Shown here piece after piece: positions 61,652-64,000 of a stretch of DNA of 64,000 bases. Origin of the DNA: Nannocystis bainbridge (lineage in GTDB: Bacteria > Myxococcota_A > Polyangia > Nannocystales > Nannocystaceae). Position 1 is the stretch's first letter. Each line of letters starts with the position of its first letter. Where the stretch lies: NCBI RefSeq assembly GCF_028368995.1, contig NZ_JAQNDL010000003.1, positions 2,560,001-2,624,000 on the forward strand, given 5' to 3'. The notes below the pieces were generated by a model that worked only from the letters and a program-made list of their open reading frames with translations, was not told the origin of the DNA and ran no database searches. Both the position numbers and the translations under genes were made by a program.

Positions 61652-63490
61652 GTGCCCGCTCGCCTCGCCGTCGCGCTCGCCGCTTCGCTCCTGTCCTTCG
61701 GGACATCTTGCAACAAGCAGCCGGCCGCCCCGCCGCCCGTCGCCCCGACCGCGCACGTCGAGCCGGCCTGGCGCGCCTGGGAGCCCGCGGCGTTCGAGGC
61801 CGCCAGGACCGGGCGCAAGATCATCCTCGTCGACGTGATCGCCAGCTGGTGTCACTGGTGCCACGTCATGGACGAGGAGACCTACGCCGACCCCGAGGTC
61901 GCCGCCCTGCTCGCCGAGCACTTCGTCGCCATCCGCGTCGACAGCGACGCCCGCCCCGACGTCGCCGAGCGCTACGCCGACTGGGGCTGGCCTGCCACCG
62001 CGATCCTCACCAGCGACGCTCGCCCCGTGCTCGAGCTGCGCGGCTACCAGGACCCGCGCGAGTTCGCCGCTCTCCTGCGCAAGCTCGTCGCCGACCAGCA
62101 GGCCGGCAACCTCACCGGCCGCGTCTCCCTGCCCGCTCCGCCGCCGCGCGGCGGTGACCTCGTCGACCTGCGCAAGCTCGCCAGCGACCAGCTCGACCGC
62201 ACCTGGGATCCCGACCAGGCCGGCTGGGGCCGCAAGCAGAAGTACCCGCTGGCCGCCAACAACGAGTACAGCCTGTTGCGCGCCTACCTGTACCAAGAGA
62301 CAGCCTGGCAAGAGCGCGGCCTGCTCGTCCTCGACCGCCAGCGCAACCTCATCGACCCGGTGTGGGGCGGCATGTACCAGTACAGCGTCCACGGCGTGTG
62401 GACCGACCCGCACTTCGAGAAGATCGCCCCCATCCAGGCCGGCGCGCTCGAGAGCTACGCCCTCGCCTGGCGCCGCACCCACGACCCGAAGTGGCGCGCC
62501 GCCGCCGGCGACATCGCCCGCTACCTCCTGCAGTTCTGGCGCGACCCCGACGGCGGCTTCTACACCAGCCAGGACGCCGACCTGCGCCTTCCGACAGGTC
62601 GCAAAGGACCTGTCCTTGGGGACGAATACTACGCCAAGGACGACGCCGCCCGCCGCGCTCTCGGCGTCCCCGTCATCGACACCCACGTCTACGCCGACCG
62701 CAACGGGGCCATCCTGCGCGGCCTCCTGCTGCTCGACGCCGTCGCCCCGGACGAGGCCGTGCGGGCCGCCGCGCTGCAGGCCGGCGAGCGGCTGGTCCGC
62801 ACCCACCGCGACGACCGCGGCGGCTTTCGCCACGCCGCCGCCGACCGCGGGCTGTTGCATCTGAGCGACCAGGTCGAGGTCGGCCGCGGCCTGCTCGCGC
62901 TGTGGCGCACGACCGGCGACCCGAAGTGGCAGCAGCTCGCGCGCGACGTCGCCGATTTCGCCCTGCGCGAGCTCGCCGACCCCGCCGGAGGGTTTTACGC
63001 CCACACCGTCGATCCCGCGGCGACCGGCGCCTTCGCCGAGCGGCGCAAGCCGTTCGACGACAACGCTCGCATGGCTCGCTTCCTGCTCGAGCTGCACCGC
63101 GGCCTCGACCACGACGCCGACGACCTGCCCTACGCCAGAGCGGCCGAGCTGGCGATTCGCGCCATCGCCCAGCCCGAGGCCGTCAAGGCGCAGATGCGCC
63201 AGGTCGGCGACTACTTGCTCGCGCTCGCCGAGCTGACCGCCACCCCGATCGACATCACCGTGGTCGGCCGCCCCGACCAGCCGGCCGCGCAGGCGCTCCT
63301 GCGCGCCGCCCTCGCCTACGACGAGCCGCGCGCCAACATCAGCCTCAGCCCGCCCGGCGCCCGCTACCCCGACCTGAAGCAGCCGGCCGCCTACCTCTGC
63401 ACCGACTCCGCCTGCTCGACCCCGATCACCGCGGTCGATCGCTTCGAAAAGTCAGCCGAGGCGTTCCTGCGCGGCGTCCCTCGCCCCTGA
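61652..63490 (+). CDS. YyaL/SPATA20-like thioredoxin-domain (DUF255) lipoprotein
   Basis: WCHWCHVMDEETY, RPD, GWP, D...GG, PHFEK, GGFYTSQDAD. Confidence 0.85.
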   Translation: MPARLAVALAASLLSFGTSCNKQPAAPPPVAPTAHVEPAWRAWEPAAFEAARTGRKIILVDVIASWCHWCHVMDEETYADPEVAALLAEHFVAIRVDSDARPDVAERYADWGWPATAILTSDARPVLELRGYQDPREFAALLRKLVADQQAGNLTGRVSLPAPPPRGGDLVDLRKLASDQLDRTWDPDQAGWGRKQKYPLAANNEYSLLRAYLYQETAWQERGLLVLDRQRNLIDPVWGGMYQYSVHGVWTDPHFEKIAPIQAGALESYALAWRRTHDPKWRAAAGDIARYLLQFWRDPDGGFYTSQDADLRLPTGRKGPVLGDEYYAKDDAARRALGVPVIDTHVYADRNGAILRGLLLLDAVAPDEAVRAAALQAGERLVRTHRDDRGGFRHAAADRGLLHLSDQVEVGRGLLALWRTTGDPKWQQLARDVADFALRELADPAGGFYAHTVDPAATGAFAERRKPFDDNARMARFLLELHRGLDHDADDLPYARAAELAIRAIAQPEAVKAQMRQVGDYLLALAELTATPIDITVVGRPDQPAAQALLRAALAYDEPRANISLSPPGARYPDLKQPAAYLCTDSACSTPITAVDRFEKSAEAFLRGVPRP

Positions 63491-63606
63491 GCGATCGCCG
63501 ACCCCTCGAATCATAGGACTTCCCGGCGACGCGAACATTCGCGCCGCCGGCGCAATGCGCATACCACGGGCCTCGCGGATCCGCGGACAATGTGCATTCC
63601 TTCCGG

Positions 63607-63679
63607 TGCCCAGAGTTGGACTCGAACCAACCCCTCTCCGTCTTCAGCGGAGTGCTTCCACCCGGTTAGCTTTCTGGGC
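63607..63679 (-). tRNA. tRNA-Phe(GAA), atypical
   Basis: GCCCAGA/TCTGGGC acceptor stem, GCT/AGC D-stem, CTCCG-CTGAAGA-CGGAG anticodon arm, GTTGG-TTCGAGT-CCAAC T-arm, discriminator A. Confidence 0.85.
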
Positions 63680-63803
63680 GCTGATACGCACCGCTGCGAC
63701 GGCCCGTCCTGCGGCTCCGCGCGCCGCAAAGGCGACGAAACGAACCGGAGAGAGGGGCCGGAGCGCACGCCAGGGCAGCTCCGGAGGCCCGGAGCCGACC
63801 TGG

Positions 63804-63896
63804 CTACGTAAACAGCGAACCCTGGGCGACAACCACACGCACCACCCGCGCGGCGTGGAGCCGCGCGCCGTGGTCGAGATGTCGTGCCGCCTGCAT
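63804..63896 (-). CDS. Putative 30-aa leader peptide MQAARHLDHGARLHAARVVRVVVAQGSLFT
   Basis: ATG 10 nt after a -10 box; stop is immediately followed by a hairpin; lies upstream of the tRNA. Confidence 0.45.
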   Translation of the reverse strand: MQAARHLDHGARLHAARVVRVVVAQGSLFT

Positions 63897-63906
63897 GGTG
63901 ATTACG

Positions 63907-63935
63907 GGTATAGAAGCACCCGCCGCCATTGTCAA
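63907..63935 (-). promoter_or_regulatory. Sigma70-type promoter for the tRNA-Phe transcript
   Basis: TTGACA(63935-63930)-17 nt-TATACC(63912-63907). Confidence 0.75.
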
Positions 63936-64000
63936 CAGTATGACCCGACCTTTTTTCGTATCGCCGGGCCCGCGCGCTCCTGCGCTTGACGGCCCGCCGG

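Noticed and set aside
63607-63679. Plus-strand TCA read as a selenocysteine or opal-suppressor tRNA
   Set aside because: The T-loop (TTCGAGT) and D-arm order only work on the minus strand, giving anticodon GAA; there is no long variable arm.
63804-63896. ilv-type attenuator suggested by the VVRVVV run
   Set aside because: No branched-chain amino-acid gene follows; the downstream gene is the tRNA. Val sensing is not excluded but is unsupported.
63490-64000. tRNA-anchored genomic island or prophage
   Set aside because: No integrase and no duplicated tRNA 3' end seen in the window.

Overview
Very GC-rich (by eye about 72-74%) chromosomal window that looks myxobacterial, probably Nannocystis-like. 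That assignment is inferred from the DUF4215 Cys-rich lipoprotein, DUF1552 protein, TPR/FG-GAP Ser/Thr kinase, Uma2 nuclease and RsbR-like STAS proteins. It holds about 50 genes: a catalase/non-heme haloperoxidase operon with an orphan PAS-GAF kinase, lipid and amino-acid catabolic genes, CzcA with a two-component system, asd/pfkA/dus, two GT-C glycosylation loci (one led by a PilT paralogue), a duplicated STAS module, and an atypical tRNA-Phe. No integrase, transposase or CRISPR array was seen. The strongest unexplained signal is a highly iterated 14-bp palindrome, TGTCY-N4-RGACA. I counted 30 exact TGTC-N6-GACA copies by eye against roughly 0.4 expected. It occurs inside genes in different reading frames, in 14-bp-phased arrays after stop codons, and as the core of two 36-nt in-gene repeat expansions. 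Other notable signals: a tRNA-Phe preceded by a putative leader peptide and alternative hairpins, two matching 7-2-7 activator promoters, a mirror-symmetric divergent promoter, a widespread leaderless-mRNA signature, and a ~62-nt repeat array upstream of the Uma2 nuclease. All calls are from reading the sequence; no searches were run.
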